From Scenedesmus sp. PABB004 (lineage: Eukaryota): a stretch of DNA of 64,000 bases. The notes under the pieces were generated by a model, which was not told where the DNA came from, searched no databases, and saw only the letters and a list, made by a program, of their open reading frames with translations. Below, one piece after another: positions 1 to 12,394 of this stretch. Made by a program: the position numbers and the translations under genes. The DNA lies in the NCBI GenBank assembly GCA_014905635.1, contig JABVCE010000051.1, positions 1-64,000 on the forward strand, in the 5' to 3' direction. The number at the start of each line of letters is the position of its first letter. The first letter of the stretch is position 1.

Positions 1-217
1 AAACCCCTAAACCCTAAACCCTAAACCCTAAACCCTAAACCCTAAACCCTAAACCCTAAACCCTAAACCCTAAACCCTAAACCCTAAACCCTAAACCCTA
101 AACCCTAAAACCTAAAACCCTAAAACCTAAACCCTAAACCCTAAACCCTAAACCCTGAACCCCTGAAAAACCTAAACCCAAAAACCTAAAACCTAAAAAC
201 CTGAAACCTAAAACCTA
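1..217. repeat. Telomere, (CCCTAAA)n = TTTAGGG on the minus strand; perfect to ~107, degenerate to ~217
   Basis: Tandem aaaccct repeats from base 1, then variants (aaaccta, aaccctga, aaaccca) toward the chromosome interior. Confidence 0.97.
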
Positions 218-929
218 GCGTGCCGCGTTGCGCGCTTCAACGTCGCTCGGGGCGTTGTTGGGAGTTGGGGAGGAGCGCCCAACCCGACCGCGCACGGGCC
301 TGGTCGGCGACCTGCGCAGCCCGTGAGGCGGGTTAGAGAGCTGAGCTTACGAGCCGAGCTTGCGTTTTGCGAGTTCGCCGCCATCAGACGGTGCGCCCCA
401 ACGGCGGAGCTGGCGACGGCGGCATAGCGTCAACGATTCGGCGTTGTTACCGCCACACTGTGTAAATGCTGCCCCCTGCATGCGTGCACACCAGTGCCCC
501 TCACCGCATTGCGCGACACCACCACCGCCATCAAACACGGACCACTGTCGGGCCCTTCCCAGGCGTGGACCGGTCCCCCTGGGCGGATCAAGGAGCGGCC
601 GCTGAGATGGGGGACCCCCATGCCAACACGCTCACCCCCATCATAGGATGCCCTTCATCATAGGATGCCCCGCTTGGAGGCGCGGTTTGCTGTTCTAAAA
701 CTCCGCGCCCGCCCGCCCGCCCACCCGCCCGCCCGGCGCCCCGCGGGCGCACACGAGCATGGCCAGTGCTGCACCACAGCCGTGCCCGCCCCCACACATG
801 TCAATGACCAAACCAAAAAGTGTGCGATCCGCCGCGTGTTGGAACGCTTGCCGCCGACACGCGGCACGTGGCGCCGCCAAACCTGCCAAAGGCGCGGCGC
901 GCCCTCCGCAGCGGGCCCGGCATCGGCGA

Positions 930-3900
930 TCACCGGCTCACGGCTGCACGGCGCGACGCCGACGCCGCCGCCGCGCTGCGCGCGGCAGGGCTGCCCAGGT
1001 AGGCCACCACGTCGGCGGCGCCCACGCGCTTGGCCTCGGCCAGCGGCGTCGCGCCCCAACGGTCGGTGGCGGACAGCTCCGCGCCGCCCTCCTCCACCAG
1101 CAGCTTGACCTGCGCGGCGCGTGGGGTGGAGGGGGCGCACAAGCGTGAGTGCGGCCACGGGGCACGACCGAGCCCGCGGCCTGCACCGGCCGTGGATCGG
1201 CGGCGCGCCGCGCGCCAAGGGCGCACAAACCGCGGCCGCGGCCCTGAGCGCGCTGCTGGCCGCCGCCGGCCCGCCCGTCCCGCCGGCACGCACGGTGCTG
1301 AGCTTGCCCTCCGCCGCGGCGATGTGCAGCGGCGTGCGCTTGTCGTAGTCGCCCGCCGCCACGTCGGCGCCGGCGGCGATGTAGCGCCGCAGCAGCGCCT
1401 CCTCGCCCTCCAGCACCATGCCGCACAGCGCGCTCGCGAGCTCCGCGGGCGAGAGCTGCAGGCTCGCGCCCGCGTCGACGAGCTGCGCCAGCACGGCGTC
1501 GTGGCCCGCCTTGACCGCCTCCAGCAGCGCGCTGCCGCCGAGGTTGTCGCGCGCGTTGGGGTTGGCCCCCGCGCGCAGCAGCGCTGCCACGACCTCGCCG
1601 TGCCCTTGCGCCGCCGCGAGCATGAGCCCCGTGCGCTTGTCGTAGTCGCACGCGTCGGGCGGGCAGCCGCGCTCCAGCAGCCGCGCCACGCCCGCCGTGT
1701 CGCCGCCGCTCGCTGCGTTGAGCATGGCCTGCGCCTGCCAGAGCTGGAACTTGGTGGCGGCCGCGGCCGCGGCTTGCTCTGCGGAGTGTGGGGCCGTGGC
1801 GGGCAGCCGACGGTGAGCCAGCGCGGTGGAGGCAACGCGGCCGGCGCGGGCGGGCCCCGCATCACGGCCGGCCCCGGCCACAGGGCAGGCTGCGGCGGCT
1901 TGGGCCGGCCGCCGCCGCGGCAGCGCCGCCGCGCCCGGCGTGGCGCGCGCACCTGCCACGCGGGCGCCGAGGTACTCCACCACCGGCACGGCGCCGGCGC
2001 GGCGCGCCTCGTCGAGCGGCGTCTGGTCCCAGCGGTCCACGAGCGTCGCGTCGGCGTCGCCCACCTCGATCAGCAGCTTCACCTGCGCGACCGGCGGCGA
2101 GGAGCAGCCCGGGTGAGCGGAGCGCGAGGGCGCACACGTTGGGAGGGCGGCGCGCCACAGCGCAGCCAGCACCGCCCTGTGCCACACAGGGCCACGCGGT
2201 CGCGCCTCACCACCGGCAGGTTGCCGTCCGCGGCAGCGATGTGCAGCGCGGTGCGGCGGTCGTAGTCGATCGCGTTGACGTTGGCCCCCGCCAGCACGAG
2301 GCGGCGCAGCAGCTGCATGTCGCCGTCAAAGACCGCGGTGCACAGGTGCGCAGCGGTCTGCACGCCGGCCATAGCGAGGCGCGCCCCGGAGCGCTTGAGC
2401 AGCCTGGCGGGGCGGCAGGCAGGGCAGCCGTTGCCACCGCTGCAACTCCGCGCCGGCGCGCCGCGTCAAGGTGCTTGCAGCGCAACGCAGCGCGCGCGAG
2501 CTCACTCAATGGCTTCGTCGTGCCCCCCCTTGCACGCCTCCAGCAGCGCGCTGCCACCCATGTGGTCGGTGACGTTCACCGTCGCGCCGGCCGCGAGCAG
2601 CTGCCGCAGCGCGGGCGTGAAGCCCTTGGCGGCTGCCAGCATGAGCCCCGTGCGGCCGTCGTAGTCGCAGCAGTTGACATTGGTGCCCTCTTGCAGCATC
2701 TGGGCGCATGCGCGCACACAGCGGCAGCGGGCGGCGCCGGCGAGCGGCTCAGGAGCGTGTGCGCGGCCGAGGCGGCGGCGCAGTGCGGCTGGCCCAGAGC
2801 GGGCAGGCGCAGCACGGCTGCCGCGTGAGCGCCCGGCCGCGGCAGTGCCGCTCACGACGCGGATGCGGTCCAGGTTGCCGGCCGAGCAGGCGTTGAGGAA
2901 GGCGTTGGTGCGCTGCTGCTCCAGCCGCGCCTGCGTCTGCTTTGCGAGCGCGCGCACGCGCAGCAGGTTGGCCAGCACCTGCTGCTGGCCCGCGCGCAGC
3001 GGCATGCCACTGGAGTCAACCATGAGCGCCGACGGCGCGCGCGGGATGGGCAGGCCGTCCGCGACGCGCGCGCTGCCGGCCTCGGCCGACGCGTGCTTGT
3101 GCTCCAGGCCGCGCATGCTGCCAATGTCGCCCATGGCCTGAGCGCTCGCGCCGGGAAACTCGTCCTCCACCATCTGCGCGGCGACCCGTGGCGGCGGCGG
3201 CGCATCGGCCGACGCGGGCGCATGGGGCTGCTGGCACAGCCGGCCCTGCCAGCAACTTGCGCTTGCAGCGCTGGCTGGCTGGCCGCCGCAAGCGCACCTC
3301 CTCCGCGCGCGCCACCAGGTTTTCCATGACCTGGGCGCTGCTGATGGGGAACTCAGCCACGAGGCTGTTGTACAGCACGCGCGGCACCACCAGCACGCGG
3401 CACATGCCCATCGTGCGCACGGTCTGCGCCGCGGCGGCAGCGCGGTGGCGGCGTCGGCGACCACAGGCGGTCGCGGCAGCGGCGGCGCTGGCAGCGGCGA
3501 GCGCGCGTGCAGGCGCGACGCCGGCGCCGGCGCCGCACCTCCATGGACGCGCTCTCCGTGAAGAAGGCCATCTCGCCTGCGGCGTCGCCCGGGCCCAGGA
3601 AGCGGGTCGCGCCGCCGTGCACGCTCGCGCCGTCGGACGCGAGCAGCAGCTCCTCGGGGTGCCCCGTCGTCGCGAGCCCGCTGCCCCGCTCCGCGAGTGC
3701 GCCGCCGGCGACGACGACAAAGAGGTCGTTCACGTGGTCGCCGTCGCTGATGAGGTCGACCTGGCGCCCACACCCGCACACCCCGCGGGTCAGCGCGCCG
3801 GGCGGCGGCGCGCCGGGCGGCGGCGCGGCGGTGCCGCCGCCGCGCGGTGCCGCCGGCCGCCGCGGCGCGCACCTTGGGCATGAGCAGCTCCACCTTTGCC

Positions 3901-6469
3901 GTCGCCAGCAGGGCGTCAAGGAACTTTTGCTTCGCGCCGACAAAGAGCCAGCAGCTCGTGAGCGCGCCGTTGTAGAGGTGGCGCAGCACGCGGCGCCTGA
4001 TGGCGGTCGGGTACACGCCGAGCACCGCCTCGTCGCTGCTGTCCGCGCTGCTGAAGTGCAGGCGCAGGTGGCCCTTCATCGCAGACTTGAGCGTCTGCGG
4101 GGCGCGGCGGCGCCCCGGCGCGCTGGCTGGGATCGCTGCCGCAGCCCGGCTGCATGCGCGCGCGCGGCGCCCGCGCGCGCCTCACCCGGGGGACCTCGTG
4201 CGTAGTCGTGTAGGCCTCCAGCACGTTGAGCCGCGCCCTGCGAGCCGCACACGCGGTGGGAGCGCGCCGCCACCACAGGCGACGGCTGCGCCCCGTGCGC
4301 CGCCCGGGGCCCCACGCGCCGCCGCGCACCGCACCTGTACGCGCCCGTTTTCTCGTCGCCCTTGACCACGAGCAGCGTGATGGTGCCGATGATGTACGCG
4401 GCGACGCCGATGTTGATGAAGACGTACACGATCGTGAACACCGCCTCCGGCGTGCTGCGGGGGCGCGGCCGCGGCGTGCGTGGTGGCGCAGCGGCGTGCG
4501 TCAGTGCCGCGCCGCGGCGGCGCCTGGCGGCCCGGCTGCGTGCACGCGCGCGTGCGTGCCGCCGTGCGTCACCTGTACGCGTGAAAGTCGCCGTATCCGA
4601 CAGTTGCAAAGGTGATGATGGACCTGGCGGGGCGGGGCGGCCGCGCAGCGCGTCGGGGCGGCGCGCAGCAGCGCGGCCGAGCCGCGCCGCGTCGCGCCGC
4701 CGCCCGCGCTCGGCGCGCGCCCGGGGGCGCTGCTCACCAGTAGTAGCTGTACACGTAGCTGCGGGGCAGCGGCGGCGCGCGCGGCGGCGCGGCGGGGGCG
4801 TCAGCCAGCAGGGGTCGGCGCTGGCAGGAGGGGCGTGCAGCTTGCACAGCCGCGCTGCGCATGGGGCGAGCGGACCGCCCTGCCAGCGCAGCAGACCCAC
4901 CACTCCACGGCTGTCGCGGTGCCGATCCAGTCGCGCGCAGCGCCGACCCAGCTCGTGTCGGCAAACCCGCTCTGCTTGGCGATGTACCAAAAGATGCAGG
5001 CCGCCCAGTGGACGACGAAGAAGCACAGCTGCGGCGCGCACGCGGCGGGCGGGCGAGCTCGCGGGCGCGTGCGCGCGCCGTGTGCGCTGACTCCCCCGCC
5101 AGCCGCCAGCACGGCGACTCGCTCGGCCGGCCACGCACCGCAAAGTTGCGCACGAGCGTGATGACGACGAGCGAGATGGTCTGGTTGTACGTCAGCGCGC
5201 GCACCCAGCCGTACAGGCGGTACGCGCGGCCCAGGCGCAGCAGGCGCAGCAGGCTCACGTACCTGCGCCACGGCGCAGTCAGCCGCGGTGCGCGCGTGGT
5301 GCGCCCGCTCAGCCTGCTGCCAGGCCAGCCAGCGGGCTGCCGGCGCGCGCCGGCGGCGCGGCGCGCGGCCCGCGCGCACCAGGCCGTGGTGTTGTTGCTC
5401 TGCTGGAGGCCCATGGCGCCAAGGACGATCCAATCGAAGGGTATTGTCGTCACCTGACCGGACGCGCGGCGGGCACGCAGGCAGCGTCGTCAGCGCGTGC
5501 GGCCCGCGGCGCCGCGGCGCAGCGTGCTGCCGCTGCCAGCTGGCCGCCGCGAGCGCGCGGCCCACCAGGTCGACCCAGAGCCTCCAGCGCGCGTAGTGGC
5601 GCGCGATGCTGGGCAGGTCTGTGACGAGCTCGCCGTCCTCGTAGTAGGCGACAAAAAAGTTGAGCAGCACGTCGACGGAGTACACAGAGGTGAAGATGAT
5701 GGCCAGGATGGTGTCGGGCGCGGTCAGCGGGCTGCGCGGTCGCGCGGAGGCGGCCGTGAGCCGGCGGGGCAGGCCGTGGGCGTGCAGCGGCGGGCGCAGC
5801 CGTGCGGCGCACGCACTGCAGGCCGGGGTAGTGCGAGAAGGCCAGGGAGTAGGGCTCCACAAACAGCGTGACCACGACGGTGCACAGAATGAACGTCCAC
5901 CAGCACTGCGCCCTGCGGAGCGGCGGCGCGGCGGCGCAGCGCGCGGGTCGGCAGCTGCCGCGGCGCGCGGGTCGGCGGCTGCCAGCAGTCGCTGCCACTG
6001 GTTCTCCGCGCCGTGCACGCGCCGCACATGATGTCGTGGGGGTGGATGATGTGCCGCGGCAGCGCCTGGTCCTCCTCGAGCTGCAGCTGCCGGCGCGACT
6101 TGAACGTCGTGGAGAGCTGCTGGAACTGCGGGCCGCGCCGCACGGTCGGCGGTTTGAGCATCCAGACGAGCCCCTGCCGCAGCCGCCGCAGCCGCCGCAG
6201 CCGCCGCGGCCGCCGCCGCAGCGCGCCACGCGGGCCGCGCGCCGCCGGACCTGCGCGGCGGCCCGCTGGTTCACCACGCCGCGGTTGGCGCTGCTGCTGC
6301 TCATGCGGTGGAGCTGCTTGGACGACGATAGCGATGAGGAGCGGTCCAGGGAGCCGCCTGGCGCCTCGCTTGCGGCCTTGTGGGGCGACGTGCGGGGCAG
6401 GAGCGTGGCCACCGCCGGCGCGCGCCGCTGCCTGTCTCCCCCATCTGTCATGCTGCGCTCGCGCGCCAT
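930..6469 (-). CDS. Plant-type Shaker voltage-gated K+ channel (6TM + cNMP-binding domain + ankyrin repeats), paralogue 1, multi-exon
   Basis: Spliced exons give IIHPHD, S4 LLRLLRLGRAYR, pore SIITFATVGYGDFHAY (TVGYGD at 4587-4604), C-linker MKGHLRLHF...IRRRVLRHLY, cNBD GEMAFF and several ankyrin repeats (DYDGRTGLMLAA, DYDKRTPLHIAA, DRWGATPL). Resembles the SKOR/GORK/AKT architecture. Confidence 0.9.
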
Positions 6470-6935
6470 GCGCAGTGGAAGTCCCAGCGCAGGGCAGGGG
6501 CACGCGCGCGAGCGGGAAGGCGGTTGCTAGGTTTGTGGCGCCGGCGCGCTTGGCTCGCTGCCGCCGCTGCCGGCCTGCTCTGGGCCGGGCGCGCTGCCTG
6601 CGCGTTGATACGCGGAGCGCGCGGAAGAGGCGGAGCGACTGCTGGAAGGAGCAGAGCAGGTCAAGGTTTCAAAGCCCTCGCCGCCGCCGCTCCGAAAACC
6701 CTCGCAGGCGCGCGCGCTTCTGGATGCGCAGAGCCCGGTCACGGGCGCGGGGGTTCGCGCACACGCGCAGCCATCCCGCGAAGAAACAGTTCGAGCCGCC
6801 GGCTGCGGCGCCCAGCGCGGCGGCGCGCGAAGCCCAGCGCGCGCGTGCGCTGCACAGTGTCTACCGGCTGCACAGTGTCTGCCCCCGGACGGTTTGCCCT
6901 CAGCCGCGCACACAGACAGAGCTGTGAAAAAACAG

Positions 6936-9900
6936 TCAGACGCCGCCGCCGGTCGGCGCCAGCGGCGACCGGCCGCGCGCGGCCGCCAGGCGCGCGGCTG
7001 CGGCGGCCTCTTCCGCGGCGGGGCTGCCCAGGTAGGCCACCACGTCGGCGGCGCCCACGCGCTTGGCCTCGGCCAGCGGCGTCGCTCCCCAGCGGTCGGC
7101 GGCGGACAGCTCCGCGCCGCCCTCCTCCACCAGCAGCTTGACCTGCGCGTGTGCGCGCACGGGTGAGAAGCTGCACAGCCGCGCGGCCGCAGCGCTGCGC
7201 TCGCGGTCTGCAACACACCATGTGCAGCTTGCCGGTGGCGGCAGCCATGTGCAGCGGCGTCTGCTGGTTGTAGTCGCCCGCCGAGACGTTCGCGCCGGCG
7301 GCAATGTAGGCGCGCAGCAGGTCGGCGCGCTCGGCGAGCACCATGCCGCACAGCGCGCTCGCGAGCTCCGCGGGCGAGAGCTGCAGGCTCGCGCCCGCGT
7401 CGACGAGCTGCGCCAGCACGGCGTCGTGGCCCGCCTTGACCGCCTCCAGCAGCGCGCTGCCGCCGAGGTTGTCGCGCGCGTTGGGGTTGGCCCCCGCGCG
7501 CAGCAGCGCTGCCACGACCTCGCCGTGCCCTTGCGCCGCCGCGAGCATGAGCCCCGTGCGCTTGTCGTAGTCGCACGCGTCGGGCGGGCAGCCGCGCTCC
7601 AGCAGCCGCGCCACGCCCGCCGTGTCGCCGCCGCTCGCTGCGTTGAGCATGGCCTGCGCCTGCCAGAGCTGGAACTTGGTGGCGGCCGCGGCCGCGGCTT
7701 GCTCTGCGGAGTGTGGGGCCGTGGCGGGCAGCCGACGGTGAGCCAGCGCGGTGGAGGCAACGCGGCCGGCGCGGGCGGGCCCCGCATCACGGCCGGCCCC
7801 GGCCACAGGGCAGGCTGCGGCGGCTTGGGCCGGCCGCCGCCGCGGCAGCGCCGCCGCGCCCGGCGTGGCGCGCGCACCTGCCACGCGGGCGCCGAGGTAC
7901 TCCACCACCGGCACGGCGCCGGCGCGGCGCGCCTCGTCGAGCGGCGTCTGGTCCCAGCGGTCCACGAGCGTCGCGTCGGCGTCGCCCACCTCGATCAGCA
8001 GCTTCACCTGCGCGACCGGCGGCGAGGAGCAGCCCGGGTGAGCGGCGGCGCACGCTGGGAGGGCTGCTGCCAGCGCAAGCAGTGGGGCCGGCAGCGCTGC
8101 CTCACTGCCGGCACGTTGCCGTCCGCGGCAGCGATGTGCAGTGCGGTGCGCTTGTCATAGTCCTCGGCGTTGACGGGAGCGCCGGCTGTCAGCAGGCGGC
8201 GCAGCAGCCCGCTGTTGCCCTCGTGGGCGGCCGAGCAAAGCAGCGCCGCCGCGTTTACGCCAGACACCAACAGCCGCGCGCCAGCGGCCTGCAGAGCCCT
8301 GCAGGCGAAGTGGTGAGGCGGCGGTTGCGTGAGGCTACAGGAAGCCTCGCACGGGGGCTTGGCAGCAGGATCTGCCTGCGCGTCGCGTCTGCGCGCCGCC
8401 GCGCAGGTGGTTGGAGAGAGCCGTGCGGCGGCAAGCTCACTCGATGGCGTCGTCGTGCCCCGCCTTGCACGCCTCCAGCAGCGCGCTGCCGCCCATGTGG
8501 TCGGTGACGTTCACGGCCGCGCCGGCCGCGAGCAGCTGCCGCAGCGCGGGCGTGAAGCCCTTGGCGGCTGCCAGCATGAGCCCCGTGCGGCCGTCGTAGT
8601 CGCAGCAGTTGACATTGGTGCCCTCTTGCAGCATCTGGGCGCATGCGCGCACACAGCGGCAGCGGGCGGCGCCGGCGAGCAGCTCAGGAGCGTGTGCGCG
8701 GCCGAGGCGGCGGCGCAGTGCGGCTGGCCCAGAGCGGGCAGGCGCAGCACGGCTGCCGCGTGAGCGCCCGGCCGCGGCAGCGCCGCTCACGACGCGGATG
8801 CGGTCCAGGTTGCCGGCCGAGCAGGCGTTGAGGAAGGCGTTGGTGCGCTGCTGCTCCAGCCGCGCCTGCGTCTGCTTTGCGAGCGCGCGCACGCGCAGCA
8901 GGTTGGCCAGCACCTGCTGCTGCCCCGCGCGCAGCGGCGCGCCAGTGCCCGGTTCGTGCGCCAGGGCAGCCAACAGGCCGCCGCCGGCCAGCTGCTGCGG
9001 CGGCGTGACCGGGCGTGTGCTCGGGGCGCTCGGCGGCGTGCGCCACCCCGGCGTGCCCCAGCCGCTGCTGACGCTGTCGCCTGCGCCACCGAGCTCTGGC
9101 GAGGCAAACTTGAGCTCCAGGCCCCTGCCCTCCAGCTCCGCCAGGATGGGCCCCGTGGCGGGGTCAGGCAGCTCGCACGCGATCATCTGCGGCGGCGGTC
9201 CAGCGGCAGGCGGGGAGCTGCTCGAGGGCCTGCGCTTACAGCGCCGCCGCCGCGGCGCGCGTGCCCAGCAGCGTGCCGCACCTCCTCCGCGCGCGCCACC
9301 AGGTTTTCCATGACCTGGGCGCTACTGATGGGGAACGCAGCTGCCAGCGTGTCGTAGAGCACCCGCGGCACCACCAGCACGCGGCACATGCCCACTGTGC
9401 GCACGTACTGGGGCAGCGGCGACGGCAGGCGCAGCGGCGGCGGACGGTGTGGCGGGGGGCCGCTGCTGTCGGCGCTGCAGTGCCGCCGCGCAGCAGCGGC
9501 GAGGCCTCGGTGCAGCGATCCACGCGCGGCCGCGCACCTCGGTGCAGGGCGCCTCTGTGAAGAAGGCCATCTCCCCCGCGGTGTCGCCCGGGCCCAGCAC
9601 GCGCGTGGAGCCGCCGTGCACGCTCGCGTCGCCGTCCAGCAGGGGCGCCGCCTCGCCGCCCGGCGCTGCGCGCTCGCAGGCTGCCACGCCGGCGAGGACG
9701 ATCTGCAGCTCGTTCACGCTGTCGCCCGCGCTCACGATGTCCACCTGCGCGCCCATGCCGCCGCGCGGTGGGCGCGCGCGCGCCGCGTGGCGCCCAGTGC
9801 TGACGGGCGGGCGGCGCGGCGCGGCGCGGCGCGGCGCGGCGGGGGCGGGGGCGGGGGCACGCCTTTGGCATGAAGAGCTCGACCTTGGCGCTGAGCAGCA

Positions 9901-12044
9901 GGGCGTCGATGAACTTCTGCTTGGCGCCGCGGAAGAGCCAGCAGCTCGTGAGCGCGCCGTTGTAGAGGTGGCGCAGCACGCGGCGCCGGATGGTGGTCGG
10001 ATACACGCCGAGCACCGCCTCGTCGCTGCTCTCCGCGCTGCTGAAGTGCAGGCGCAGGTGGCCCTTCATCGCCGCGAGCAGGGGCGGCGGGATGCCGTGC
10101 GTGGCCGCAAAGTCGTCGAGCACGATGAGGCTCTCCCTGTACGCGCCGGTGCGCTTCTCGTTCTCCACCACGAGCAGCACGCTGGTCGCCACAAAGTAGG
10201 CAGAGACGCCTAGGGAGAAAAACATGAACACCACGATGAACGCCGCCTCGGGCACGCTGCGCGCGGCGCGGCGCGGCGCGGCGCGGCCATGGGCGGACGG
10301 GGCTGCTGCGCCGCGGCGGCGCGCGGCGCGGGGCGCCCCCGCGGTCGGCTGCGCGGTCAGCCCCGCTGCACGCGCGCGCACGCGTGCGTGCACGGCCCCG
10401 GTCGTCACCTGTAGGCGTGGAGGTCGCCGTAGCCGACGGTTGAGAAGGATATGATGCTGAAGTACATGCTGTACACCCACTTGTCCAGCGCGCTGCCCTC
10501 GCCCACCCACTCCATGTTGGCACCGACCCAGCTCGTGTCGGCAAACCCACTCTGCTTGGCGATGTACCACAGCCCCGTGGCGCCCCAGTGCACGGTGAAA
10601 AAGCACAGCTGCGCGGCGCGAGCGGGCGCGCCGTGCTGCGCTGGGCGGCGGCGCGCACGGCGCCCGCAGCCGTCGCTAGCGCCGCGGGGGGCGGCGCACC
10701 GCACCGCAAAGTTGCGTGTGAGCGTGACCACCATCAGGCTGAGCGTCTGGTTGTACGTCAGCGCGCGCACCCAGCCGTACAGGCGGTACGCACGGCCCAG
10801 GCGCAGCAGGCGCAGCAGGCTCACATACCTGCGCCACGGCGCAGTCAGCCGCGGTGCGCGCATGGTGCGCGCGCTCAGCCTGCTGCCAGGCCAGCCAGCG
10901 GGCTGCCAGCGCGCGCCGGCGGCGCGGCGCGCGGCCCGCGCGCACCAGGCCGTGGTGTTGTTGCTCTGCTGGAGGCCCATGGCGCCCAGGACGATCCAAT
11001 CGAAGGGTATCGTCGTTACCTGACCGGACGCGCGGCGGGCACGCAGGCAGCGCCGTCAGCGCGTGCGGCGCAGCGTGCTGCCGCTGCCAGCTGGCCGCGC
11101 GCGCCCCCAGCCCGACCTCCCCGCACCACGTCGGCCGCGAGGCGGCCCGAGGCCGCGTAGTGGCGCGCGATGCTGGGCAGGTCTGTGACGAGCTCGCCGC
11201 CGGGCGCATAGTAGGCAACAAAAAAGTTGAGCAGCACGTCCCCCGCGTACACCAGGCCGTACCCCACCGCAAACAGCGTGTCCGGCGAGCTCAGGGGGCT
11301 GCGCGGCCGCGGCGGCGGCGTCAACGGTGGCGCGCGGGTGGGCGACGCGGCGGCGGCGGCGGCGGCTCACTAGAGGCCCGGGTAGGCCGAGAAGGCGAGG
11401 TTGAAGGGCTCCATGAACAGCGTGACCACGACGGTGCACAGAATGAACGTCCACCAGCACTGCGCGCTGCGGGGCGGGGCGGCAGCGCGGCGGCGCGGCG
11501 CGGGGGTCGGCGGCTGCCAGGAGTCGCTGCCACTGGTCTCCGCGCCGTGCGCGCGCCGCACATGATGTCGTGGGGGTGGATGATGTGCCGCGGCAGCGCC
11601 TGGTCCTCCTCCAGCTGCAGCTGCCGGCGCGACTTGTACGTCGCGGAGAGCTCTTGATACTGCGGGGCCCGCGGCGCGCGCAGCTAGGGCTTCGGACCCG
11701 CCGCCCTCAGCGGCCGCGCACGCGCGGGAGCGCGGCACGACCGTCAGGCGCACCTTTTCCACTGCCCGCGAGTGCATCAGGCCACGCCCAAAGCTCGGCG
11801 CGCGCAGGACGGCGGCGGGCGGGCGGCGCGCGCTCGCGCTCGACCCGCTCGCCCAGCGCTGCTCCTCCGGGTCCAGATCGCTGCCATCGCGGTCGGCCTT
11901 TGCGCCACGGCCGTTCAACAGGCCGCGAAGAAAGTTGACGGCGTCCCGTGTGCGCGCCGCGACGCCGCCGCCATTGGCAGCGGCGCTGCTCTCGCTGCCG
12001 CCGCCGCGCGCCGGCGCGGAGCCGCCAAGCAGCGGCTGCTGCAT
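6936..12044 (-). CDS. Plant-type Shaker K+ channel with cNBD and ankyrin repeats, paralogue 2, multi-exon
   Basis: Pore YFSIISFSTVGYGDLHAY (TVGYGD at 10423-10440), same S4 exon as paralogue 1, GEMAFF, ankyrin repeats. Tandem with paralogue 1. Confidence 0.9.
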
Positions 12045-12394
12045 GCCGCTCGGACGCTCCGCGGCTCAGGCAGCTCCCGCGCCCGCGCACGGCATTGGGG
12101 CGACAAGAGAGCTTGCGAGATGGCCGAGCCTCTCCTTGGCAAACCGGCCGAGCTGGGGGCGCGAGTTTGCTGCCTAGGCTCCTGGGAGCGTTCGCGCTGC
12201 TGCCTCAACCCAGGCCGTGTTTGGCGCGCGTTTGTCGCGCAAAGCCCCGGCGCGCCGCCGCCAAGCCGCGTCCAAGCGCTGCCGACGCCGCCGCGCCAGA
12301 GCTCGCCAGAGCTCGAAGGCTCGTCGTCACCTCCGCCAGGCTCACTGTGTGCGGTCTAGCACTGGCGGCGGTGATTTTGGCGGCGGCAGCGGCG

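Noticed and set aside
6849..6881. GCTGCACAGTGTCT repeated twice between channel genes 1 and 2
   Set aside because: A short local tandem duplication with no further copies and no functional evidence.
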